Below are positions 12,501 to 25,852 of a stretch of DNA of 64,000 bases, one piece after another (position 1 is the stretch's first letter; each line of letters starts with the position of its first letter). Under the pieces are notes generated by a model. It saw only the letters and a list, made by a program, of their open reading frames with translations. It searched no databases and was not told where the DNA came from. Source of the DNA: Lingula anatina (lineage: Eukaryota; Animalia; Brachiopoda). Both the position numbers and the translations under genes were made by a program. The stretch lies in assembly GCA_051362555.1 (NCBI GenBank), contig CM120640.1, forward strand, positions 33,747,967 through 33,811,966, given 5' to 3'.

Positions 12501-15500
12501 CATCTTGCTGTTATAAAAACAGAAAATGGACCATCTTAGAATGGTTTATTTTTTATTTTGACTTAGTTTTGAAAATTCTAGAAGGCTTAAGACTAACTTG
12601 CACCAAATGAAAAATGCTGGCAGTCTCATCTTGTCATTAAAAAAAGAGAAAACAGACCATTTTAGAATTAATTTTTAAAAGGAAAATAGGCAAACAAAAA
12701 CTTGACTTTTGAAAATTTTAGAAGTCTTATCCTGAGAGCAGTTTATTTGTTAGGGTTCTCTTTATTTCTTATATTATGAATCTCACCTTCAACTGAATCT
12801 TTGTTCTCAGCTCGTCAATGTGCGCTTGCTGCTGCGCATGTAGAGCTGCAACCCTCTCCTCGCGATCCTTTTCTCTCTGTTTAGCAACCTCCTTCTTTTC
12901 TTTCTCCTTCTCCATCTGCTGCTGTTCTATCTGAATCTCTTTCTTTTTTCTCCTTTCCTGCATGTCCTGAAGTTTGGCCAATCTTTCAGCTTCCAGGGCT
13001 TTTCTTCTTTCCTGAAAACAACAGTGAGAATTTTTTCATTTTTGTCATTTTAATAATTATCAATGTCATTATCATTAAAATGTAAAAAAATGATTAATTT
13101 AGGCAAATATAGTTTTTTTGATAAATATCAACATCATCTGTTTTTTGGGTCTTCGGTCCTGAATAAACTGGGTTGGGCAACATGGCATTCATAATCCATG
13201 TCAGCATTTTTGGATGTTTTTTAGTTGACATGCCTATGTGTAATATGGAAAATTTGGCCTTTTTAAATAGTGCCTGGCCAATCTAAGTGTTCCTAAAATA
13301 AAATTTTCCCCCAAAAAATTCAACAAGTTAATTCAGCCATATTTTAATTTCAACAAACTATACCTCCACTGCAACTTCTTTGGCCAATTTCTCCTCGTGT
13401 TTTCTCTGTCGCTCTTCCTGTAAAACAAATACACACACATCAATAACTATTGTAATAGCTGAATCATTTCTCATGAGACACATAAAAGATTTCACCAAAG
13501 TTCAAGAAATAGGGTTTGAGCCTATTACAATGATGGATTTTAAAGTAAGAATGAGAAAAAAAACTGCAATAAAAAAAGACACAAAGTAAACTAGGTAAAT
13601 AGTCTGTCTTGACGAGAAAATGAAAAGGAAAGATTAACTACAAAATTTAACACCAGAATGAAACAACATAAAACACAAGTTTGGGCATTCATTCAGAGAA
13701 AATAATAACAAGTTCATCTACAAAATAAGGGTCAAATACAAGGAATCACCCAAAACAACTTTCAATATAAACCCCTCTTCTTTTTCAAAATAAAAAGTAA
13801 CTTCTTTTGCTGCAAAATTTATAGAAATGGCATGCCTGCAGGTCTTGTAGCCTTGCTTGTGATTCTTGATGTTTGGCTAGTATGTCATGACGCTTGTTTT
13901 GAGCTTCAAGAGTATTGATGAAGGCAATTTCATTGGCCTAAAAATTAAGAAAAGGCAAAATTAATTAATCTAAGATGGGAAAGATAGAAAAATAAATGTC
14001 CTTTTAAGTTCTGATAACTATACTTGTTTTTGAAATGTATTGGGTTTGATGCAAGACCGCATCATGGTATTTTTGCTTGTAAAGAAATTTCCACTTCTAT
14101 TTTTTTCCTTAAAATATTCTTCAAAACTAAAATATTTTCAAATTTTTAAAATTTTTATTAAAAAATTTTTTTTATTACTTCAATGAAAATTAACAAGACT
14201 TAAAAGGAAAATAAGGCAATCTAAGTAGCAAGAAAACATTTCAAGTCTTAAAACTAAAAAGAAAACTCCACAACAAACAACAAAATTGAAAGTAACGAGG
14301 AGTAAAGTGATCAGAAAAAATAAACAAAAATACGGATCATAACCGCACGAATTGTAACAACACATAATTACAAATACCTACCATGTTAATAGACAGCAAT
14401 TTATCTTTGCAAATTATATTCTTTTATATCATTATATCAGAATTTCATTCTCTGTCAAATTTTTGCCTGACTTTGTCATCTACTGATAAGTTATTAGTAT
14501 GTTAACTGACCAACTGTGACAAAAGACAGTATTGTTCTTTTATTAATATTCCCACTTGCATTCCAAAATGCATCAATAGTCATATAAAGTTTAAAGGTAC
14601 CTTGGTTTCTTCCTCGTGAGCTTTTCTCACTTTCATCCTCAGCTGTCTTTGCCTCTTTTCTTCTGCTCTACGCAGTTTGTCTTTCATCGTTTCTTTTTTC
14701 TGAAGCAGCAGTTCATTTTTCCAGGCCCTCACTTCTTCAACCTAAAACATATCATTTATATATTCATGAATTCTATTTTATCAAGGTGAAATAGTTAAAA
14801 AAAACTCTGACTACCAGTTTTAAGAAACTGAGCACATGTTGCCAGTTTTTAAGTCAACATCACATTTGAATTATTTTAGCATTTTAAAAAATCTGTCAAA
14901 TGATAAAATGAAGAGCCAAGTCAACTGAGACTAACCTTATTTGATAATTCCTTTAACCTTTCTGCTTTTTCTTGCAGCAGCTTCTCTCGAAGTTCTTGAG
15001 CTTTGGCTTGTTTTTCGTCATGTCTCTTTTTAGATTCCACAGCAGATCTAAAGAAGAAACATGATTTCAGTACTTGCAAATAATTCATGTGTAATCATTT
15101 TTAAGTTAACAATGTTGCAACCACCATAAAGCAAATAGTAATGACTTGTAAGGATTATCAAAAAGATATCTTTTCACTATAAAATATAAATCATATCATT
15201 TCATACAGGTACAAAGTAACAATGGGAACTTCATATGATTTTATATTTCCAAAAAAGTTACCAGTCTTCTTTTCAAATATAATATACTTATGTCCAATGC
15301 ATGTATAGAGTGTATTATCAAACTCACCTACTTATGGTCAATAATATTTAAAAAAATTGTTTAAGACCAAAAGAATTTCTCAAGGTGTAAACCTATCCAT
15401 GGTTACTTTGGAAAAAAATGTATTCTGTTAATTACCTTTTTCTGGAGGGTGAAGAAAGTTTTTCGTGCATATGAACACTTCTCCCAGGAGTGCGTGTTTC

Positions 15501-18500
15501 TGCCTCTTCAACAAGATCACCCCAGGATGCTTCAGAGCCACCTTCTCTCTCTGCTAATTAAACAAAGAAAAGCATAAGATTTGTGCTAAAAAAGTAGGAA
15601 AAGGAATTATATAAAGGGTGCTTCCAGATCCATGTTTATAAGTAGTGTAGAGGTGAAAGCTTAGCTTGCAATTTCTCATCCCATTTAGACCATATGAAAA
15701 AAAATGATCAAAATGAAGACTGAAAATCCCGAAATCAGGTATATGCTGAAAACTTTCACCCATGACAAATAGTCTTTTACATCTTGTACACTTCAGTCCT
15801 TTTTGAAATATGAGATTTATGATCTTGGCTACAGTAAATTTATTGATGATGATTTTTGTAATTGACTTTATACCTTGTTCAAACTTCAAGACCATGCTGT
15901 CCCAGTCCAGAGTGCTCTGTGAAGCTTCCAAAGAGCTCATTGTATTCTGAAATATGGCAATGAAATGTGTAGATCATTACAGTAAATTAGACACGCCAAC
16001 AAAATACTCTACAGAAGTCCACAAAAAAAATGAATAATTAGTGTGTAGGACTCAATAACCTTCATTATTATAATCCAAAGTTGCAAAAAAAAAAAATAAA
16101 TAAATAAAATAAAATATGACAATTTCAAGCACATCTCACTCACTTGCATGCACACACACACACACACACAAATAAACCAAACTTTCTTACCCCAAGTTCA
16201 GTATCTGTTTCAGTCTCTGGCTCAGTGTCCACTTCAATCTCCATGCTCTCCTCCCTCTCTATCTGCTTGAGGTAGTTTTCTTCTTCTTGGATGGCAGACT
16301 GCAGGGCCTGATCCTGTTCTTGTTCCAGCCTGTCTGCCAGCGAGTCTTCTTCTTCCATGGCTGTCACCAAAGCCTACAAAATTTCCAGAATCACTCAATG
16401 ATCTACAATTTAACAAATTTAACAGTATAGTTGACTTTGCAAATAACACACTAATTGGGACTGGCTACTTTTGTTCATTAAAATGCAAAATCTGTAAGAC
16501 TGAATCAGGACTTTCAGGTTCTGTATTTCAAAGGCCAGTGTCCAGTTTATGAAGGCTGTTATATGTGAAATATATTGTATAAGCAAAATAAACAGTCAAA
16601 ACTTGAGCCATAAAAAATAATTCAAATTATCATGGATATTGATGCTATGTGAAATACAGGTATATATAACACAACTGGTGCAAACATTGTAAAAACTTAT
16701 TAATGTATAATTTCACTTGTTCAGAAATACCAGAATGTTACAGAAATATCCAGCATCCTTACATCTTCTAACAGAGCCACATCATCTTCATCATCTCTAC
16801 TGGCCACACTCTCTGGGTCCTCCTCTATTTCTTCCTTAGTAGGAGATATCTTCCTATCATCACTAGCAACTTGCTGTGAAGCACTGTTGTCTTGTTGTTT
16901 ATTTTGGTCACTTTCAGGATTACCTTTCACCGATTTCTTATCACAGATTGGGTTTTGGGTATTACTTTGGAGAACTTCAGTTTGAAATGTTTTGGGTTTT
17001 ACTGGAGATTTCTGTTGACCACTAGGCTGCTGTCTCTTTGGTTGATTGAATGCTGACTGTTGTGGACCTTTTCCTGGTGACCTAGCGCCTTTGTGACTTG
17101 TATCAAGATTCTCATGACTGCTAGCTTTAGTCTTATTCAGTCCTGTCTGGCTTCCTTTCGGACTGCCCCTAGCAGCAATGTCACTATAGGAAGGGGTCTT
17201 TTTCCCCATACCAGGCCCAGATGGACTTTTATGACTTCCATTTGCGGGTCCCTTTTGTGTAGAATGGTCCTGTTGTTGTTTAGGTGTGACTGCTGTCCTT
17301 TTCTGGGCATTGTTTCTATGGTTTTGTGGGGTCCTATTGCCCTTTAACCTGCCATGTGGACCCGTTTGGACTGGTGAATTCTTGGAACGTGTCCGGTGGT
17401 TATTTCTGTGGACAGTCTCCCAGCCTTCCCCATCATCTGAAATATCCAAGCATCAAATATCCAATATCCATATCAAATATCCAATAGCGAAGTATTGAAA
17501 TATCCTTTACATGAAGCAATCTTTAATGCTGTAATTTTTTGAAATTACCATAACTTGGTTAATTTGTTCAAACGCTCTACTTCACAATAAAATGGGTAAC
17601 CTGCATTAACCCCTATAAACATCTCAATCATATTTTGATATTCTGTGCATCTTAAATTTGAAAATCCAAAATATGTAAAACAATGGTTTAACAGTCTTTC
17701 TGTTTGAAACAGAACCAGTTATACAAAACAACTTATCCTTACCTTCTTGAGGTGAGGACACCCTGTCTGGACCCACTTTTTCAACTGTTTCACTTCTACT
17801 CGCTACTTCAGTATCTTTAGAAATATGTGTTTCATTTACAGGAATTTCTCCAATGTCATTTTTCTCAGGTTTGACCGTTTCCCCCTCAGACGAATTCTGC
17901 AGTCTAGTTTCACCACTATCCATGGAGTAAGATCTCACTTTATCAGCCCAGCTGTTCCCTGGGGGAAGAGGAAGGTGTACTTCTGTCTCTGCCTCTGAGC
18001 CCCTCTCAGCGAAGTTCAGGCTGCGGGAAATCACTGGACTAGGACTGATCACACGGTCTCCTGTGTGGAGAGATTTGCCAGGGGAGGTCTTCCTGATCTC
18101 CCAGGCTATAGAGATTGGTCTGAAATGGAACCAACAGACAAGGTTTTTAATATGTATGCATAGAACTACGTATAATACCAAATCATGACTGTACCCATAA
18201 AATAGAATATTTCTGTATCTTAAAATTAAACATATTTTGATACTTGATTAGGTGCATTTGTTGTTTTCTTTTTTTTTACAAAAAAAAAAAAAAAAAAAAA
18301 AAAATTAGAGAAAAATAATTCACTTTTGCTGGCATCCAAGAGGGAAATCATTTAACCAAGAAAACCAAGGTGTATAAATTAAGAGAAGAATAAAGACTTC
18401 ACTCACTTTTTTTCTGCATTTTCATAAGCTTCCATCACTTCCAGTCTTTCAATGAGATTCTTAAAGTCTTTGGTACACTGCTCAAGCATCATGATCACCT

Positions 18501-20557
18501 CCTAAAATAAAAGTGTACTGTTTAAATGTTCCTGTTTAATTATCATAGCAGTGCTTAATTAAATACAATATGAAGATATGGGTCACATTTAATATGGGTA
18601 AGCCTTAAGATCAAAACACAAAAGAAATGATTCAGGTCATAAGTTTTTCTATACAATTTTGTTATCTTTTTAGGGAATCTTATATTTCTTTTCTTTACCA
18701 AAATAAGCTTGCTCAATGTATGGATTAAAAAAAAAAATGCAATAAACAGTCAAAATTCTTGAACCACAATACAAAAAACAAAAAATTCTTACCTTGCACT
18801 CTAACACACTCTCATCAGCTTCACATGTTTGATATATCTCATCCACTGCCCTCTGCAGGTTATCAAACAGGAAAGCCCAGTACCTGGCACGAAGATCACT
18901 CTTTTTGCTGCCTCTACTAGGTGTAGATCGGCCAGATGATGTGCCTGATTTTTCATGGGCCTTTTTTGGAGGTGGAGTATTTTCCCTTGATGAAGATGAT
19001 GGCGACTTTGACACTCTAAGCCGAGGTCTATAAGCAATGCGTTTTCCACTGTCAGCTGAAAACAGCAATTATAATAATAACATTAATTGTAAAACAAAAT
19101 GAAAGTTACAATCCCTAACTATTCAAAATGATGTAAGTTGTAAGTCTGCATTATGTTCCAAATATTAAAATAGAAAAAAAAATCGGACACGATGCCAGTG
19201 GATAGCCCAACCATATCTCAAATGCAAAGTACTGTTTCTCACCTCCCTCATCCTCCACAGGAACAGTCCACCCAATAAGATTTCTAGCTGTCCGTCCTTC
19301 TTCTTGCACTATCTTACGTACTGTGTCATAGCTGGAGGTCCTCTGAACAAGACCCTGGCAGAAATAATGTTCTGATAATTATAACATGCAACAAAATATA
19401 CAATACATATAATTTATACAACTACCATCACAGGCTAAAAGTAAAGTTCAGTTCTTGTGCTAGGCTCATTGTAGTAAATAAGATTTTAGTAAATGTTAAA
19501 CATATTCTAATTGTACTCTAAAAATGTCTGAATGTTTAATTGTTTTCAGACAAAGTCATCATTGTTGTTTCAAAATTTTCATTCTGGCTTAAATTATCAA
19601 GTCATTATATTAAAAAATTTTAGCCTTAAGTGGAACCCAAAATGAATTCATCAGCGTAGTCTTTTTGGTGCAGCATGTTCCAGGATGTCAAATTTTCACT
19701 TGAAATGCAGTATAAATGTGTGGAGAAGAGCATATGGCAATATCTATTGAACCAATAATACACACCCTCAGAGGAGCATTTAAGAAAGTCATCAGAGACT
19801 GGCTTTGTTCTTGGAATTAGAGCATGCAGAAAAATTACTTCTGTCTAGACTGCCAGTCTAATTAGCCACTTTTATGGTTATGAATTAAGCATACTTTTAT
19901 CCCAGAATTCTTGTCAAAAGCCTCTCCTGGATCATGAATACAGGATGAGATACTACACCACTATTCTATGCTGCAGAGTAAGACTGAAATATCATGGTGA
20001 TAACCAGTATGCTATGATGCCCTGGGATCCTACCCTTCCACTGTTCAATGGGTTGTTGTACTGAATAATATCATCTTCTTATACTGACTATATCTAAATA
20101 GCCTTTTCTGGGTTCTGCCACTCCACACGTGAACGCCTTGACAACAATTTCAGACTTGTATGAGTTTAATGCTCAAGTCATCGACTGTACAATATAGATT
20201 AATAGGGGTCTCCTGTAAAAGTGGCCTTCCATAGCTTTGTATAGTGCCCTAACTGTCTAGGGATAGATTACCCCAACTCTAAATCTAACTCAAATACATA
20301 CAAAAGTGAGCCTATTGAGACGAAGTCTTGAAAATGCTACTGAAGATGGAACTTGGATTAGAAGAAAATTGCCTCTCTGCAGATCATAAATGTATCAACA
20401 ATACAGGGGCTAATTAAGCTCGCACATCAAATGTCAAAGCCAAACAACGTAAATTTTGAAGTACAACATTTCAATGTTAAGCAAACTGCTGTAGTTAAAC
20501 TAGAAAATATCGATTTAGATGGATACTCACTTTGGTTGTTTTCATTCCCCCGTTCAT
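3545..20557 (-). CDS. SCAPER: S phase cyclin A-associated protein in the ER (SCAPER), 26 coding exons in window, 3' end probably outside the window
   Basis: Exons in transcript order: 20531-20557, 19243-19354, 18793-19055, 18407-18501, 17743-18119, 16763-17436, 16191-16373, 15874-15946, 15436-15550/15553, 14936-15047, 14601-14741, 13836-13937, 13364-13417, 12787-13011, 12349-12507, 11802-11903, 11446-11576, 11123-11188, 10813-10939, 10339-10451, 9984-10107, 7841-8076, 7301-7447, 6519-6756, 5954-6103, 3545-3736. Splice phases are compatible. Motifs matching SCAPER as I recall it: [37 protein letters not shown], cyclin-binding RSLNF (RxL), [17 protein letters not shown], coiled coil, C2H2 finger (CQVC...HLRGKKH), [17 protein letters not shown]. 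Confidence 0.96.
8509..9883. mobile_element. Non-autonomous DNA element with a long terminal hairpin and internal ~90-bp tandem repeats (possibly Crypton-like), in a SCAPER intron
   Basis: Hairpin arms ataatacactgtcaccc..cgatatatgccat..aacacctc (8523-8563) and gaggtgtt.atggcatatatcg..gggtgacagtgtattat (8576-8618). Four degenerate units containing 'gaggc..tt.cggaatatagtcaaa' at about 8930, 9020, 9115 and 9205. CpG-richer than the host intron. Superfamily and exact ends are uncertain. Confidence 0.55.
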
Positions 20558-20992
20558 GAGCTGAGTTTGCAAGTTCCTATCCCCGCCATTAGTCCGATTG
20601 CGCGGGTTTGAGTTGTGCCTGCGCCTTCTATTATCACTCATGTCATATAATCACCTGTTATATATACAAACTGATCTCATCTCCCTCAGATAAGGGTGCT
20701 AAATTCGTAACTGTGTCACCCGTAGTGTCAGAGGGCAAAATAAGATAACATTATGCCCAAGAGAGTCGGTGGAACGTGCTTTCTGATTGGTTAGTTATAT
20801 CTACCATTTTTACAAAGTTTAGTTGTACATTTAATTATGATACACTGTTCAAAGACATATGTAAAATAAGCCTGTAGAAATTAAAAATTATTTAAAATAA
20901 ATTAAAAAAATATTAATAGATAAATTTGCAAACAATATGTGTATATGATAATAAACATATTTAATCGAAACTTTGGAAAAAAATTAGGCGAA
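20558..20992. promoter_or_regulatory. Putative bidirectional promoter between SCAPER and the Ig-domain gene
   Basis: Divergent ATGs at 20557 (-) and 20993 (+), about 435 bp apart. CpG-containing patch at 20580-20625 and an inverted CCAAT box (ctgattggtt) at about 20783. Confidence 0.6.
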
Positions 20993-23601
20993 ATGTTAGA
21001 AGTGAAAGTGGCTTGGTTCCTTGTTTTGTGCCTAGTTATTTTAGCCAATTGCATCAATGTTCTAGGTAAGAATAACACTTTAAAGGCTTGTCACAATAAT
21101 TTATACAATATACACCTTACAGGTCGTATATTTCAATTGGTTATGCACGACATAACCTGTGCATCATATTTTATATTTTTACACTATCTTTATGAGACAT
21201 ACTGTGTGTCAAAATGCTACCAGTACGTGAAATGTATTGTTTTGAAATGTAATGGTTTGTTTCCGGGTCATTAGATTAACATACAGCCATAATTGCCCTA
21301 ATTGGTCACAAGCAATTTGAGCTGCAGCTACAGCTGAGTGATCACCGCTGGTCAGTAGTGACAGGTTTTAAGCTGAAAAGTGTGGACACTTTTGGTGCAT
21401 TTTTGCAGTTAAAAATCTTCAATATCTTTGTTGCTTATAGGAATATTAAAAAAATTCCAAGTGATTTCATCCGGTTTTTGCATTACCTTTCAGATGATAT
21501 AAGTATTATAATTTTCTGATCAGTTTGAAAATTTTTCTGATATACCTATAATTGAAAGTACGCATAAAAGTAAAACCAACATAAACCTGAATGCTTCTCT
21601 GACGTTAAAATGAAAAGTAAGGTTGAAAGACATTATAAGTTGGAGAACTATATCCATCCCATACAGTGCAGTAGTGAAGTGAGACTTTAAGAAACAAATT
21701 TATCTAATGACTATTATTGACTAGAATCTTCTGGACAACTCGTCATGCCATTTGTAAAAGTAATCTCTGTACCCAATGATGTCACCAAGGTAAAATTCTT
21801 GGCCTGTGTCAGAGAAATCTTTTATTTGAAATTGCAGGTTGTGCATATAACAATAAGATTTCTCTTACAGAGGTTGCTATTACCTGGCCTTACCTGGATT
21901 AATACTGAAGACTGAAAACAGTCAAAGTCAGAGCAGTATAGCACTGAAAGACTAAGCCTAAGCCAGGTACTGTAGGTTACTTCTCCCACCAAGCGCTGCT
22001 GATGAAAAAGTTTGTTACAGTACAGAGTATGAGATAAAAAGATAAAAAATACAGAAATTGTTTTTGTTTTAGGTCAAAATCAACCCCGTATAACAAACAA
22101 TTTCTCCCCTGCGAGGATCCCAATAGCCGACCTAGAAGATTTGAACTTAACATGTACTGGTGTCTCATCTTCGGATTCAACACCAACATGGAAGAAAGAT
22201 GGAAAACATGTGTCAGTAAACACTAGTATATCCATAGAAAATGGCCAGACATCTACAGGTATTCCTACCAGCACGCTGATCTGGAGAAAGGTTCCTCTGG
22301 AAGCAAGTGGAATGTATACATGTCAGTTTGCTGGGGTTGGAGAAGACACAGAAGAAATATACATAATGAAAGGTATTGAGACTAATGGATTACTCATTGC
22401 AGATTATTTAATGGTTGAATCATGAAGGTGTTTTTTTTAAAGAATTTAATTTTTGACATTTTTGGTAGTTTGTTTTTAAAGTTTTATTCTGATACATAAT
22501 TACTTATACATAATTATTTTTCAGCGGAAACTGTCAATGTTCAAGTGTCTCCATTTTCTGCGGTAAACCTGACTTGCACTGTTTTTAATTGGCAGCTGTA
22601 TGAAGGTCCTCAGTTTTACAAGAATAATACTCTTCTGGATGCAAATAACAACAACTATGAGCAGTCAGATGAAATAACCACTTTGAACAGAGGCATAAGC
22701 CAGGGGAAAGTTCATTCTTTTAAGATTCTGAATGCCAGTAAGTAATTAAATTACAATTAAATTTTTATTATTGTGTGCAAATTGTTTACTGCCAAATGCT
22801 AAAGATGATTTACTTAGGAAAAAAAAAAAGATGAGACTCGTTTTTGCATATTTTAAAAATTTGTCTTTATTTTATTGCGAAAAATTCCTTTGGTGTAATA
22901 ACACAACAATATTCAAAAATTTTTTCTGTAACAATAAAAACAATAATATTTAATTTATGGTTTGAAAAAGCACGTTAATAATGTTAAAAATTTTTTTCAG
23001 CTAAATATGATGGTGGTGAATACACATGTATGGTTACTGTGAGATATGGTAAAAACAATGGAAATACTGAGCATCTTAGAAGTGACTTCATTTTAACTGG
23101 TAAGGTGTAGATATACTGTAGGGGCTCCATATAAAAATTGTTGATTTGTAGTAGGCACTGGTACAGTCTAGTAATTTGAAATGTATACCTATGTGAATTG
23201 GTTAAATCCAACTGGTGACCAATAATTTTCCAGATGCATCACATTTTCTTAATATACATATATAAACTGATTGGACAAAATGAAGTCTATTTTGCCTCCA
23301 ACATGAATTATTGAATAATCGACTACAATTCATCAATATTACACAATACTAGTACATGATTTGTGTGACTGTCAGTTTTTTTATCCAACAGATATAGATA
23401 TAACTTCATTCATGGCTGTTTATAAAAATTACATTTATTTATTTAAATCTGACTTTTGCATCTTTTTTTGTGTTTTTTTTTTTAGTGTCTGAGCCTTCAG
23501 ATGTCACAAGAGGTGGTGGAATAAGTTGGCAAAAGACGCACATTACCGGCTTCTTCATAATCTCACTGCTGTCTCAAGCACTAGGATATTTGATTTTGTA
23601 A
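20993..23601 (+). CDS. Secreted/GPI-anchored two-Ig-domain cell-surface protein, 266 aa, 5 exons
   Basis: Exons 20993-21065, 22073-22372, 22525-22737, 23001-23099, 23486-23601 (801 nt, all phase-1 GT-AG introns). Signal peptide MLEVKVAWFLVLCLVILANCINVLG. Ig1 LNLTC..PTWKKDG..ASGMYTC; Ig2 VNLTC..FYKN..DGGEYTC. Hydrophobic C-terminus (GFFIISLLSQALGYLIL*) with no cytoplasmic tail. Confidence 0.88.
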
Positions 23602-24028
23602 CAGCTATATGTATGTATGCATGTTGGCATGTATGTTTCTTTGCTTTTTTTTAATCCTGCAAAGCAGTATCAAGATATGAGTGGAGAGTGGTGGAATTCA
23701 TTTCAGTTAGAACTGTTTCTCACCCTCACCCTCTTTTCGTTATATAATGGGGTATACCTGATGTCACATTTGTACTTTCACTCCGAAAGTGGTCATTATG
23801 TTAATTGACACTTTTGAGAATACTGGTAATTTTCACTGTAAACCTGCCACAGTACCAGTGGGGTACCTGACTGAATATCAGGCAGGTATCAGGTTCCCAA
23901 GGATTTAAGGCTGAAATGGAGTGTTGCCATTAATTGTGCCTACAAATATACAAAATGCCTTTAAAATCTCGGTCTCATGATAGATGTCAAGCATCTGTTT
24001 GTTGTCGCTTCCTTAGCTCAACTATAAG

Positions 24029-24196
24029 CATGGGCAGATACAGAGCAATTTTCTGACAGTCTTCCAAATTATCTTTGTTGATTCATCCTCCATTTCTGAC
24101 CGTCTTCCGAGAGAAAAAAATTGGATATCCACCAATGTAAATTGAAAATCTGACCATCTTCCGGAAGACCCAGAAGGCTGCCTCAATCTGCCCCTG
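24029..24196. mobile_element. MITE with CAG-type TIRs and 5-bp TSD (hAT5-like); same family as 43925-44092
   Basis: catgggcaga...tctgcccctg, flanked by ATAAG on both sides. Internal sequence closely matches 43925-44092. Confidence 0.8.
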
Positions 24197-24599
24197 ATAA
24201 GATCCAAAGACAAGAAGGCGCGTTCAACCGCTTTATTTAATCTCCCCCTGCTAGAGATTTTGCAGTAACTCATCAAGATAAGTCAACTGCACAACCCTTT
24301 TAAATATTAACTCTGCATCATCTCCTTTCCTTGAAAATTTATCATTTTTTGAAACGTACTATAGCTAAAACAAATTTTAACTTATAACTTTAAACAGTTA
24401 ACTTTATCTTAAGTAAAAAAATCTAAACACAGGCCTGGGATGAAAAAAGAGTCGGACTATTCCTTTTCCATAAAGACAGAACTGAGACATTAGTGATTTT
24501 TTTCTGGGTCTGTCTCCTAAGCGGCTCACTCATCTCTGACAGTGAAGGGAGAAATTTGACAGATAGTCTGAATTGCCTTAACATTTTCAGGCCTGGACA

Positions 24600-25380
24600 T
24601 AAAAAAGAATAGCAACAATCTCTGATGGGTCTGCCTTAACTCCAGTTGCAGTGAAGAGGTGTCCCATGTATGCAACTTAAGTCATTTTATAATACTTCAT
24701 CTTCCTGGGGTTGAACTTTAAGCCAACCTCTCGAGAGCACATTCTAGAAGTGCATGTAGATTTTCATCATGACCATTCTCGACTTCCCCTCCAGTATCTC
24801 TTCTGCCATCTTAAATAACACTTACTCCTTTAAATCCTTTGAGGGCTTGTTTCTGGCATCTCTTGTACTCTTTGGGACCTGAAGAAATTTCCTGAGGGTA
24901 TCCATATCTTTTATGTGGTGTCCAAAAAGTTGTCAAATAACTGCTGGCTGCGGACAGTTTGATTTGAAAAAAAAAAAATCCATCCTTAGCATCCAATACT
25001 GTGAATAACTTAGCCTTTGCCAGGTCTGGCAATACCTAATCTACTGTTGGCATCTGAAGTTTTGGCCTCTTTATTACCTTGTTTAAATCCAAACAAATCC
25101 TAAGTTTGTTACCCTTCTGAACTGTGACTAGACTGCAAATTCAATCATTGGATTCTGTCACTGGAGTAATGATTTCTTGTTTCTCCATCTCCTCCAGCTT
25201 GTTTTTCAACCTTGAATGTAGTGGCACTGGCACTCATCTAGGAGTATTCTGTACAGACTGCACATTATGATCAATTTCTAAGACAAATTCACCCAAATAA
25301 TCATTATAATCTTCCATAATCTTCTCTTTACTAGTACACATAGCCGTCTTTCTGACAGAGTTTATTTGAATCCTTTTTTG
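24600..25380 (-). mobile_element. Degenerate Ty3/gypsy LTR-retrotransposon reverse transcriptase fragment
   Basis: ORF 24811..25032 PDLAKAKLFTVLDAKDGFF..SSYLTTFWTP resembles gypsy RT motifs. Flanking frames give further RT-like pieces broken by stops and frameshifts. Confidence 0.8.
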
Positions 25381-25432
25381 CTCCAGACAAAGTTAACGTC
25401 TGACTATAGGCCATGCAGCTTCTTCAACCACA

Positions 25433-25852
25433 TCAAAGGTTTTTATTATGACTGGGCCACCATCTTTGACTTCTCTGGTTCTTCCCTCCTAAAAAAGAAC
25501 CAGCTTTTTTGTTGTCATAGCAAGCTGTTGCCCCTGTAGGAAAACCAGAGCTGAGTTTGGAGAAGATATTTGTGGGTCTAGGGTGTGGTATTTTCTTCTG
25601 AACCTCGTTAGAGATTTTTAGGGCTCCTTCAATATCCTTCATATTTGCATCCATATTGTCACCAAACAGCTCCTTGGTGACAGGATTCTCTGGAGAGACC
25701 AAAGCTTTGTATTTCTCATTAATGTCTGGTTTGGCGAGTTCTCTGCGAAACATAGAAATGTCATGTACGGATGCAGCAAGGATGCTGAATTCATCCGTCA
25801 TCTTTGTGTTGTAAAGCAAATTACTTACACTTTTACTAATTACAGATAACAA
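25433..25852 (-). mobile_element. DIRS-type (tyrosine recombinase retrotransposon) gag-like fragment
   Basis: ISMFRRELAKPDINEKYKAL...TKELFGDNM...K..NE resembles the RR..(I/L)KP.L...LFG segment of DIRS ORF1 as I recall it. The fragment is truncated. Confidence 0.55.
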
